DNA from: Minisyncoccales bacterium
GTDB taxonomy: Bacteria > Patescibacteriota > Minisyncoccia > Minisyncoccales > JAGMDC01
DNA length: 64,000 nt
Direction: 5' to 3'
Assembly: GCA_049642725.1 (NCBI GenBank)
Contig: JBARPC010000004.1
Span: 27,052-91,051 of the forward strand
The position numbers were made by a program, and so were the translations under genes. The notes under the pieces are model-generated. The model was not told the DNA's origin. It did no database searches and worked only from the letters and a program-made list of their open reading frames with translations. Shown here piece by piece: positions 56,031 to 64,000 of this stretch; position 1 is the first letter of the stretch, and each line of letters starts with the position of its first letter.

Positions 56031-58463
56031 TTAATAAAGTTTTGACCTTTCCATAATTTCTCTTTCCACCAGAGCCCTGGGTCTGCCATATTTCAGTTTG
56101 GAGATTTTTTTGACTGGTTCTATAATTTTTGGATTGCCCTCAATCGGTTTAATTGTTTTCACCTTGAATGGACTGGAAAGCTTGTTGTCTATCATCATCT
56201 TAACAATAAATTGGAAATTATCAAGATTAACCAAATCATAACGGGAGAATTCCGGCTCAAACTGCTTTTCTAAAAATTCAGCGTCAGTGGCGCCAATTCT
56301 GAAAGCAGAAATTGTCCCCACGTTTCCGATCACAGCGTCTCTAATCTGTTCTGTTAATTGAGGGATAAACTGGTGAGCTAAAATTAAATCCAAACGGTAT
56401 TTTCTTGCCTCTGATAAAATAGTAGCAATAGTATCAGTAGTAAAATTCTGAAATTCATCAATATACAAATAAAAATCTTTTCTCTGTTCTTCTGGCAATC
56501 TTCCTCTTTTCATCGCTGCTAATTGCATTTTAGACACTAAAATCAAACCTAATAAAGAACTGTTCATTTCACCTGTTTGTCCTTTTGACAAATTGGCTAA
56601 AAATATTTTTCCTTCATCCATAATCTTTGCCAGATCAAACCCTGAATGCGACTGGCCAATAATATTTCTCATCATCTCATTTTCAACAAACCTGCCAACT
56701 TTTGAAACAACATAGCCAAGCATGTCTGAACGGGTTTCACCGGTTGTCTGCGCCCATTCTTTCAACCAAAACTGCCTTACTAAAGGATCTCTTACTTTTT
56801 CTAACCGTTCTTTCATAAAATCATCGTCTGTAAAAATTCTTGGGATTTCCACTAATGTCCCAGGATCATCCTTATCCGCCATTAAAGCAAGCATGGCGTT
56901 CCTCATATAATGCTCAAACATAGGGCCAATAATTTCTGGAGGGAAAAGTTTGGAAAAGATGGCAATCATTTCAGAAGCGGCAAAATCTTTTTGTTCAGGC
57001 GTATCCCATTCCAGCATATTTAATCCGCAAGGCCTTTCTAGGTCAAACGGTTCAAACAAAACTACATCTTCAGCCCTTTCTTTTGGAATATTGGCCAAGA
57101 TATCTTCAATTAAATCACCGTGAGGGTCAATAACCCCGACTCCTCGTCCTTGTTCAATATCCTGACGGATCATTTCTCTCAATAAAGATGATTTACCAGT
57201 TCCGGTTTGACCTATAATATAACAATGGCGGCGTCTGTCGTTTTCCGTTGCAAAATAAACTTCTTTTTCTTCACTGCGAAAAACTGCCTTGCCTATTAAA
57301 TTAAGTCCAGTAGAAGGCAATTCAGTTGGCGGAGCCACTTCTTTTGTTTTTACCCATTTAATCTGGGGACTTTCAATATGAGACAAAGGAAAATGATAAA
57401 TACTGGTTAGTTCTTCTAAATTTAAAATACTTCTCTGGTTTTTATTAAAAACACGAAAGCTGAAATTGTAAATAAATTGCTTTAGCTTATTTTTTTTAAC
57501 TTTTATTGAATTCAATTCATTAAAATTATTATAAAACTGGGAAAAACCGCTTTCTAAATGACTTAAAATTTCTTCTGCCCTTGACTGCTCTTGGGCAACT
57601 CCTAATAAGCGAATATTCACATCAAAAACCGGTTTTTGGATTTTGGTTTTAATTGCTTCAAAACTGGGCTCTTCAAACGGCTTTTCTTTTTCCTTTTCCA
57701 AGAAACTTTTTTTCTCATCTTCTTTTTTAGAAGACATTGCTTCAAGAAATGAGTCAAAAAACTTCATTATTCCGCTTTTTTCTGTTTCAGCAATAGCTGT
57801 TAAGGCGGTTTTTCCTTCTCTAATTTTAGAAAGAACTTTTTCTCCCTTGTATTTCAAATCTTTTGAACAAGGCCTAAGAATTATTTGGACTGCTGCTCCT
57901 TCATCAGGATTAATCTTGCTTAAAGTATTGGTAATACTTGCCAAAGGATCTTTTTCCAGGTTTTTATAAGTGTTAATGGGAAAATAAATCGCTTTTTTTA
58001 ATTTTAAATAAGAACCAGCTATTTTTCCGCTTGGTTCAAAGACAGTGTAATCTTCGGGGACTTTTTCTACTTGAGCGCCCGGATATACCCCCTGAATATT
58101 TTTCTCTAATCCGGTTTCCAAGTTGGTTGGCACCGCAACATAAAATGAAATATCACTGCCGCCCACTTGCGAAGCAATTTCTAAAGCAATTCTTGGTGAA
58201 CCCTGAAAAAATCTTTTAATAAAATTCGGCTTCTCTAAATACAAAAAATTAGAGTATATTTGCTCCATTATTCCAATCACTGATTTTATATCCTGTTTCT
58301 CTTTTTCTTCTTTCTTTTCATACTTCGGCAACCTCACCAAAAACAAAGCCATATCCAATGACTTTGTTAATTGCTTGATTTTTCTTTTCTTGGCGGCCAA
58401 AAACCAACCTATTCCAAAAAGAATTAAAATAATTATACCTAAAATTATCAATAAAAAATCCAT
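56031..58463 (-). CDS. Membrane-anchored AAA-like ATPase of the VirD4/TraG/TrwB (type IV coupling protein, DUF87-like) class
   Basis: N-terminal TM. Walker A GQTGTGKSS, Walker B LYIDEFQNF. TraG/TraD-like C-terminal region. Family call from motifs only. Confidence 0.55.
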   Translation of the reverse strand: MDFLLIILGIIILILFGIGWFLAAKKRKIKQLTKSLDMALFLVRLPKYEKKEEKEKQDIKSVIGIMEQIYSNFLYLEKPNFIKRFFQGSPRIALEIASQVGGSDISFYVAVPTNLETGLEKNIQGVYPGAQVEKVPEDYTVFEPSGKIAGSYLKLKKAIYFPINTYKNLEKDPLASITNTLSKINPDEGAAVQIILRPCSKDLKYKGEKVLSKIREGKTALTAIAETEKSGIMKFFDSFLEAMSSKKEDEKKSFLEKEKEKPFEEPSFEAIKTKIQKPVFDVNIRLLGVAQEQSRAEEILSHLESGFSQFYNNFNELNSIKVKKNKLKQFIYNFSFRVFNKNQRSILNLEELTSIYHFPLSHIESPQIKWVKTKEVAPPTELPSTGLNLIGKAVFRSEEKEVYFATENDRRRHCYIIGQTGTGKSSLLREMIRQDIEQGRGVGVIDPHGDLIEDILANIPKERAEDVVLFEPFDLERPCGLNMLEWDTPEQKDFAASEMIAIFSKLFPPEIIGPMFEHYMRNAMLALMADKDDPGTLVEIPRIFTDDDFMKERLEKVRDPLVRQFWLKEWAQTTGETRSDMLGYVVSKVGRFVENEMMRNIIGQSHSGFDLAKIMDEGKIFLANLSKGQTGEMNSSLLGLILVSKMQLAAMKRGRLPEEQRKDFYLYIDEFQNFTTDTIATILSEARKYRLDLILAHQFIPQLTEQIRDAVIGNVGTISAFRIGATDAEFLEKQFEPEFSRYDLVNLDNFQFIVKMMIDNKLSSPFKVKTIKPIEGNPKIIEPVKKISKLKYGRPRALVEREIMERSKLY

Positions 58464-58466
58464 AAC

Positions 58467-58856
58467 TTATTTCTCTAAAAATTTCTTAAATAATCCCTTT
58501 TTTGCTAAAGTATCATGGAATAAATCCAGCAAATATGGGTCATCCATTTTTCTGGCTACTTCTACAGCGTAAGCCAAACCCTGGGATTGAGCCAAATCCA
58601 AAAGATGCTGGATTTTTCCCTTAACAGTTCCCTTTTTTATATCTTCGGCTTGCTTCCGGGCTTGGACTTTTGCTTGGGGAGATAATTTGACCTTTTCAAT
58701 CTCTTTTTCTATTTCCTTCTTTACTTCTTTTTCTTCCTCGGTTAATTCTTTCTTTTCTAAAATCTCTTCCCTCTTTTTTATGGTTTCTTTAGGAAAAATC
58801 TCTTCCCTATATTCCTTTCCCGGCTCTTTTTCAATTTTTTTATCAAATTCTTCCAT
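58467..58856 (-). CDS. Charged hypothetical protein (129 aa)
   Basis: ORF co-oriented and tightly spaced (3 nt) upstream of the ATPase gene. Confidence 0.4.
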   Translation of the reverse strand: MEEFDKKIEKEPGKEYREEIFPKETIKKREEILEKKELTEEEKEVKKEIEKEIEKVKLSPQAKVQARKQAEDIKKGTVKGKIQHLLDLAQSQGLAYAVEVARKMDDPYLLDLFHDTLAKKGLFKKFLEK

Positions 58857-58963
58857 ATCTTGATTCTATCATAATTTAACTAAAAATAAAGACCTATTTT
58901 CAATTTTTGGCTCACCCCGTAAAGCTTCGCCACGGGGCACGAATTTTTCCCGCATATTATACT

Positions 58964-58986
58964 ACTACGAGAACAGTTCTCGTAGT
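58964..58986. repeat. REP palindrome ACTACGAGAACAGTTCTCGTAGT (GTAG-type), 3' flank of the RAYT gene
   Basis: Perfect 11-bp arms. Preceded by a CCCCGT...ACGGGG hairpin plus T-run at 58906-58950. Confidence 0.75.
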
Positions 58987-58988
58987 GT

Positions 58989-59699
58989 TTAGTTTATTAA
59001 TATTTCTTTGAAATTAGAATCAGCCATTTGTTTTTTAAGCGAAATCCATTCTTTAACAAAATGACGGCTGTTATCTATACTGCCCATTAAGTTAGATAAT
59101 AACTCTCTGTTTGTTAATAAAGGATAATTCTTCTTGCCCAAATAATCAGGATAGCTTGACCATTTATAGTTTTCTAAAAATTTAATAACATCTTCTATAT
59201 TTTTGGTTTTTATCCCCTCTTCTTTCCATTTAGGAGCTATAATAGCTACAGGATTGGTATGAATGTAAACAAATAATGTTTTTAATTGCTCATCGTTTTT
59301 TACAATAACTGCCCTGAATCTCCCGTCAAAAACATGGCCCTTTCTTTCGTATTTCTTATTATAATACATTCCATATCCAGCTCCAATCTTTCTCATAAAC
59401 TTACTAATCCCTTGGCCTCTAACTTGTTTAATTAATAGATGAACATGATTTGGCATTAAACAAAAAGTCAAAATTTCCACCAACATTTTTCTTTCCTTCT
59501 TTATTCTACCACTACGAGAACTGTTCTCGTAGTGTTGACGATAAGACCAAATAGTGGGATTTTTGTCGTTAAATTCAAATAAATTATGAAGAGAACGAAA
59601 ATAATCCCTTTCGTCTCTAAAAAGCTTCATTCCTTCCACTGCCCTAATTACAATATGGTATATTTCTCCGTTTACTAATGGTGGTCTTTTAATTGGCAT
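58989..59699 (-). mobile_element. REP-associated tyrosine transposase (RAYT; IS200/IS605-family Y1 HuH transposase TnpA)
   Basis: HuH motif CLMPNHVHLLIKQ and catalytic Tyr motif YIHTNPV. Flanked on both sides by the 23-nt REP palindrome. Confidence 0.8.
59511..59533. repeat. REP palindrome ACTACGAGAACTGTTCTCGTAGT lying in-frame inside the RAYT CDS (encodes YENSSRS)
   Basis: Identical to the flanking REPs. Located in the N-terminal third of the transposase gene. Confidence 0.75.
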
Positions 59700-59727
59700 A
59701 TTATATTATATTTTATCTTACTTACGC

Positions 59728-59750
59728 ACTACGAGAACTGTTCTCGTAGT
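59728..59750. repeat. REP palindrome ACTACGAGAACTGTTCTCGTAGT, 5' flank of the RAYT gene
   Basis: Lies between the RAYT start (59699) and the stop of the adjacent CaCA gene (59753). Confidence 0.75.
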
Positions 59751-59752
59751 GT

Positions 59753-60706
59753 TTATTTGACGAGGATTTCGGTTATTACAAAAGCGATGTAAACGCCTAA
59801 AAGGAATAATCCTTCTTTTTTTGTGATTTTTCTATCAGTGCGGACAAAAATAAGAAAGAATAAAGCAGCCATTACCAAGAAAAACCGGGCAACAGCATAA
59901 GGAGAAAAACTGGCAATTTCAATCGGACAAATAATAGCCACAATGCCTAAAACCAATGTAGAAGCAACAATAACAACGCCCATTAAATCGCCTAAAAGCA
60001 TCCAATTCTGGCCTTGCCTGGCTGAAAGAATGGTAAAGTATGCTTCTGGAAAAGCGTTGCCAATAGCAACAACAAACATTCCGATAAAAACCAAAGAAAA
60101 ATGAAAGGTCTCTCCAAAATAAAAAGCAGCTTCTACCATTCCTTTAGAAGCTGCGAGTAAAATAATTATTCCAAAAGCTACTTTCCCCAAACCCTTAAAA
60201 AAATCTTTAAAATCCTTTACACTAACTTTATTCCCATTATATGTCTTACTAAACCTTTCTTTTTTTGAAAAGAGCCAAAAAACATAAAACACAAAGGCAG
60301 AAATTAAAACTGCTCCGTCGCCTCTTGATAAGATACCGTCAAAAATTAGAAAAAGAGGCAGAATAGCAATAAAAAAGGTAAAAACTGCTGATGACTGGAC
60401 CATCTTGCTTCTAGCTGGTATTCCCTTGCTTACAAAAACAGACAGAGCAATAATAACCGTTAAATCAATAAGGTTTCCGCCAATAGTATCTCCGAAAGAA
60501 AGCTGAGGAACTCCTTTAAGAGCAGACAGAATGCCAAAGAAAAAATTAGGAGCAGAACCAGCAACAGCAACGATAAAAAAAGCAATAACAAATTCCCTTA
60601 ATTTCAAAAAACAAGCCATTTTTACTAATCCGTCAACCAGCCATTTTCCAGACCAGAAAAGCAAAAAACAAGAAATAAGAAAAAGTAAGATATAAAAATA
60701 AAACAT
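59753..60706 (-). CDS. Ca2+:cation antiporter (CaCA family, YrbG-like)
   Basis: Two alpha-repeat motifs (GDTIGGNLIDL and GNAFPEAYF). About ten TM segments. Confidence 0.8.
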   Translation of the reverse strand: MFYFYILLFLISCFLLFWSGKWLVDGLVKMACFLKLREFVIAFFIVAVAGSAPNFFFGILSALKGVPQLSFGDTIGGNLIDLTVIIALSVFVSKGIPARSKMVQSSAVFTFFIAILPLFLIFDGILSRGDGAVLISAFVFYVFWLFSKKERFSKTYNGNKVSVKDFKDFFKGLGKVAFGIIILLAASKGMVEAAFYFGETFHFSLVFIGMFVVAIGNAFPEAYFTILSARQGQNWMLLGDLMGVVIVASTLVLGIVAIICPIEIASFSPYAVARFFLVMAALFFLIFVRTDRKITKKEGLFLLGVYIAFVITEILVK

Positions 60707-60709
60707 AGA

Positions 60710-61669
60710 TTATTGAATTAATAATTCACAAAAGACAAAAGTAATATAAATGCCTAATAAAAATATAGCTTCTTTTTTTGTAATTTTACTACCACTCCGA
60801 ACACAGAAGAAAAAGAACAAAGCTGAAAAAATTAAGAAAAACCGGGCAATAGCAAAAGAAGAAAAATTAATCATTTCAATCGGACAAATCAAAGCAACAA
60901 TTCCTAAGACCAAAGTAGCCGGCACTATTACTGAACCCATTAAATTGCCTAAAATCATTCCTGTCTCACCCTTTTTAGCAGAAATAATAGCAAAATACAT
61001 TTCAGGCAAGGCATTTCCCAGACCTACGATTAAAATACCGATTAAAGGTAAAGACAAATTCCAGTTCTGAGCGAAAAAAGAAGCTGACCTCACTATTCCT
61101 TCTGCTGCTGCCAAAAGTAAAATCAGGGATAAGGATACTGCAACTAAACTCTTTATAAAAAGTTTAAATCCTATAATTGTATCTTTTTCTTTTTCATTAT
61201 AAACTCTTTTAAATCTTTCTTTTTTTGAAAAGAGCCAAAAAACATAAAATACAAAGGCAGAAATTAATAAAATCCCGTCTCCTCTGCCTAATGTCCCGTC
61301 TAAAATTAAAACTATTGGCAAAACCGCTATAGCAATTGTAAAAATTGAAGAAGTTTGAATAAGCTCGCCTTTTGCTGGAATAAATGCTTTTGAAATTAAG
61401 ACCGCCAAAGCCACTGCTAAAGTTAAATCAATAACATTGCCCCCTACTACATCTCCAAAAGAAAGCTCGGGAATTTTGTAAAGAGCTGAATTAATTCCAA
61501 CAAAAAGATTTGGCACAGAGCCGGCAAAAGCCATCACAAAAAAGGCAACCACAAATTCCTTCCATTTTAAAAACCTTGCCATTCTAATTAATCCTTCAAC
61601 CAGTATCTTTCCTGACCAAAGAAGAATTATGCAGGAAAATATAAAAATAAAAGTATAAAAACCAATCAT
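60710..61669 (-). CDS. Ca2+:cation antiporter (CaCA family), tandem paralog
   Basis: GDVVGGNVIDL and GNALPEMYF alpha-repeats. Clear paralog of the adjacent gene. Confidence 0.8.
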   Translation of the reverse strand: MIGFYTFIFIFSCIILLWSGKILVEGLIRMARFLKWKEFVVAFFVMAFAGSVPNLFVGINSALYKIPELSFGDVVGGNVIDLTLAVALAVLISKAFIPAKGELIQTSSIFTIAIAVLPIVLILDGTLGRGDGILLISAFVFYVFWLFSKKERFKRVYNEKEKDTIIGFKLFIKSLVAVSLSLILLLAAAEGIVRSASFFAQNWNLSLPLIGILIVGLGNALPEMYFAIISAKKGETGMILGNLMGSVIVPATLVLGIVALICPIEMINFSSFAIARFFLIFSALFFFFCVRSGSKITKKEAIFLLGIYITFVFCELLIQ

Positions 61670-64000
61670 GCTCTTTGTTTTTTAGTTATAAAATACCATT
61701 TTGTCGCCTCAATTAATGCTATATTAAAAACCACAACCCATAAAATTAATTTCCAGTCATACCAGCTTAATGGCACAGTTTGCAAAAGCGTTTGCAAAGC
61801 CGGAACATACAAAGCAGCTACTAAAGCTGTTAATCCGGCAATCCAGCTCAAAATTAAAAATTTATTGGAAAAAAGATTTATATTCCAAATATTTCTTCTC
61901 AAGCTCTTGCATGGAAAAATATAGAAAAGGGAATTCATAGCTAAAGCGGCAAAAATGATTGACTGAATATGCATATGGCTATAACCAGAATACCTTAAAA
62001 GCCAAAAAAACAGCGCTAAAAGCAGGATATCTGTAATGATTCCAATAATAAAAATCAAAACCTTCATTTCCTTTGTTAAAAGAGGACTGCCTTTTTCTTG
62101 CGGTTTTCGCTTCATTAAGTCCTTTTCTTTTGGCTCAAAACTCAAAGTTATGCTTGGCAAACTATCTACAATTAAGTTCACCCATAAGATTTGAACAGCG
62201 ATAACAGGCAATGGCAGGCCTAAAACAATACTTACGCCGACTAAAATGGTCTCTGTAAAAGAATTGGAAAGCAAATAAGTAATTACTTTTCTAATATTAT
62301 CAATTATTGCTCTTCCTTCTTCTACTGTAGCTACAATAATATTAAAATTATCTGTTAATAAAATTAGATCTGAAACTTCTTTTGCTACATCAGTGCCTGA
62401 ACCCAAAGCTATGCCAATATCAGCTTTTTTAAGAGCTGGCGCATCATTAATCCCATCACCAGTCATTGCCACTACTTCTCCTTTTCTCTGCCAGGCCTGA
62501 ATTATTCTCAATTTATGCTTTGGCTCAACCCGGGCATAAACCTGTATATCTTTAATTCTTTTTTCAAATTCTTCATCTGAAAGCTCATCTAATTCTTTGC
62601 CTTCTATAATATTTTTTTCTTTTATTCTAAATCCTATTTCCTTAGCTACTGCTTTGGCAGTTAACTTATGGTCTCCGGTAACAATCATTGGCCTCATGCC
62701 CGCTTTTTTACAAATCCTTATTGCCTCTTTCGCCTCTTTTCTGACAGGGTCTTTAAGAGCAATAAACCCTAAAAAAGTTAAATTATTAACCTCTTCTTCT
62801 ATATTTTTTACCCTGTTAAATTGCTTTGCACACCAACTCGTCGGGGATTTAACAGGGTGAATTTTTCTCTGTGCTGTTGCCACGACTCTTAGTCCTTTTT
62901 TAGTCAATTCTTCCAATTGTTTATTTAATTTCTGTTTGAATTTATCATTTAATATTCTATTTCTGCTCTTGACTAACAAATGAGAAGAAAGAGAAATAAT
63001 TTTTTCAGGCGCGCCTGAAACATACAAAATATTTCCCTTTTTATTTTCCTGACGCAAGCTGGCAATAAATTTATTTTCAGGATTAAAAGGAATTTCGTCA
63101 ATTTCCAAACATTCTTTTTCTAGCTTTGGTTTTTCAAAACCAAGCTTGGCGCCGGCTGAAATAAATGCTTTGTCAGTAGGCTCGCCATGAATCTGCCAAA
63201 CAGGATAAAGAGCTTCAGGATTCTCTATAAATGCTTCACTGCACAAAACAGCGGCTTTTAAAGCCAGCTTCTCTGTCTTTTTATCAGAACTAATAATTCC
63301 CGCCACTTCCATCCTCCCTTCAGTCAGAGTTAATGTTTTGTCAGTGGCAATAACAGAAGTGCTCCCTAATGTTTCTGCCGCTATTAGTTTTCTTACCAGG
63401 CCTTTTCTTTTCAGAATTCTCGTCATTCCAAGAGCTAAAATTACAGTTACAGCAATCGGAAGTCCTTCTGGAATAGCGGCTACGGCAACAGCTATGGCTA
63501 CTTCAAACATTTCTAAAGCGCATTGGTCCTTAAGCAGGCCTGCTAAGAAAATATAGACAGCGAAAATAGTAACAATGAGTCCGATTTTCTTGCTCAAAAC
63601 AGCTATTCTTTTCTGGAGAGGTGTTTTTTCTTCTTTAGTTTCTTTGATTAAATCAGCTACTCTGCCTATTTCTGTATCTTTGCCAGTCTCAGTAATTACT
63701 GCTTTGCCTTTCCCATATTCTATAACGCAACCCATATATACCATATTATCCCTATCAGCTATTGAAGTTTTTTGAGGCAAAATATCTGTTGTTTTTTTAG
63801 CTGACAGCCACTCGCCAGTTAAAGGCGATTCATTTATTTTGAGTCCGTAATTCTCAATTAAACGGCCGTCAGCCGGCACCTTATCTCCGGAAGACAAAAC
63901 AATAATATCTCCCGGCACAAGATCTTCAGCATCAATTTTTTTCTCTCTGCCATCTCTAATGACTTTGGCTTCTATTTTAATTATTTTCTTTAATTCTCTT
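61666..64000 (-). CDS. P-type ATPase, type IIA-like (Ca2+-transporting); N-terminus lies beyond the window
   Basis: TGDGINDAPALKKADIGIA hinge, P-domain motifs. Phosphorylation-site variant DKTLTLT instead of DKTGTLT. The ORF is open to the window edge. Confidence 0.85.
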   Translation of the reverse strand, partial: RELKKIIKIEAKVIRDGREKKIDAEDLVPGDIIVLSSGDKVPADGRLIENYGLKINESPLTGEWLSAKKTTDILPQKTSIADRDNMVYMGCVIEYGKGKAVITETGKDTEIGRVADLIKETKEEKTPLQKRIAVLSKKIGLIVTIFAVYIFLAGLLKDQCALEMFEVAIAVAVAAIPEGLPIAVTVILALGMTRILKRKGLVRKLIAAETLGSTSVIATDKTLTLTEGRMEVAGIISSDKKTEKLALKAAVLCSEAFIENPEALYPVWQIHGEPTDKAFISAGAKLGFEKPKLEKECLEIDEIPFNPENKFIASLRQENKKGNILYVSGAPEKIISLSSHLLVKSRNRILNDKFKQKLNKQLEELTKKGLRVVATAQRKIHPVKSPTSWCAKQFNRVKNIEEEVNNLTFLGFIALKDPVRKEAKEAIRICKKAGMRPMIVTGDHKLTAKAVAKEIGFRIKEKNIIEGKELDELSDEEFEKRIKDIQVYARVEPKHKLRIIQAWQRKGEVVAMTGDGINDAPALKKADIGIALGSGTDVAKEVSDLILLTDNFNIIVATVEEGRAIIDNIRKVITYLLSNSFTETILVGVSIVLGLPLPVIAVQILWVNLIVDSLPSITLSFEPKEKDLMKRKPQEKGSPLLTKEMKVLIFIIGIITDILLLALFFWLLRYSGYSHMHIQSIIFAALAMNSLFYIFPCKSLRRNIWNINLFSNKFLILSWIAGLTALVAALYVPALQTLLQTVPLSWYDWKLILWVVVFNIALIEATKWYFITKKQRA

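Noticed and set aside
1-64000. Whether the whole contig might be archaeal (DPANN-like) given the TFB, AmmeMemoRadiSam and PolX-like genes
   Set aside because: Bacteria-specific ribosomal proteins L9, L27 and L21, DnaB, Pol III gamma/tau, RecR, Fpg, XseAB and a full Mur/MraY/FtsW set make the backbone bacterial. The archaeal-type genes are treated as acquisitions.
1-64000. CRISPR arrays, rRNA genes, prophage structural genes
   Set aside because: No regularly spaced direct repeats, no rRNA-like conserved stretches, and no capsid, terminase or portal-like proteins were recognised. The repeats present are palindromic REP or hairpin elements, not CRISPR.

Overview
This 64-kb window is AT-rich and gene-dense, and its core gene set looks bacterial, plausibly CPR/Patescibacteria-like. 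Bacteria-specific ribosomal proteins L9, L27 and L21 are present, together with DnaB, DnaX (Pol III gamma/tau), RecR, Fpg, XseAB, RmuC, RarA, the peptidoglycan cluster murG-ftsW-murD-mraY-dacA-like plus murC, uppS, pyrG, efp, gltX, aspS, cysK-cysS, an ABC-F ATPase and an ABC exporter. The 3' end carries a calcium-handling cluster: two tandem CaCA antiporters and a P-type ATPase. RNA genes: tRNA-Cys(GCA) immediately upstream of cysK-cysS, a tRNA (probably Gln-UUG) on the minus strand, and a tRNA-like element with an aberrant anticodon arm. Most striking features: (1) a full-length TFB/TFIIB homolog (zinc ribbon plus two cyclin-fold repeats), GC-shifted, embedded in the bacterial gene set behind a sigma70-like promoter; (2) a REP/RAYT system, with an IS200-like Y1 transposase flanked by 23-nt GTAG-type palindromes, and copies of the same palindrome family lying in-frame inside gltX (one supplies the C-terminal residues and the stop), inside a PP-loop-like protein in the mur cluster, and inside the RAYT gene itself; (3) further GC-rich hairpin or repeat inserts kept in-frame inside murD, aspS and an FAD oxidoreductase, recalling Rickettsia palindromic elements; (4) an AMMECR1/radical-SAM/LigB-Memo-like trio interrupted by the tRNA-like element and a GC-shifted foreign-looking gene; (5) a PolX N-terminal-domain-only protein; (6) a membrane T4CP/VirD4-like ATPase in an operon with a 633-aa E/K-rich coiled-coil protein; (7) several unannotated small genes with strong expression signals. 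No CRISPR array and no rRNA genes were seen.
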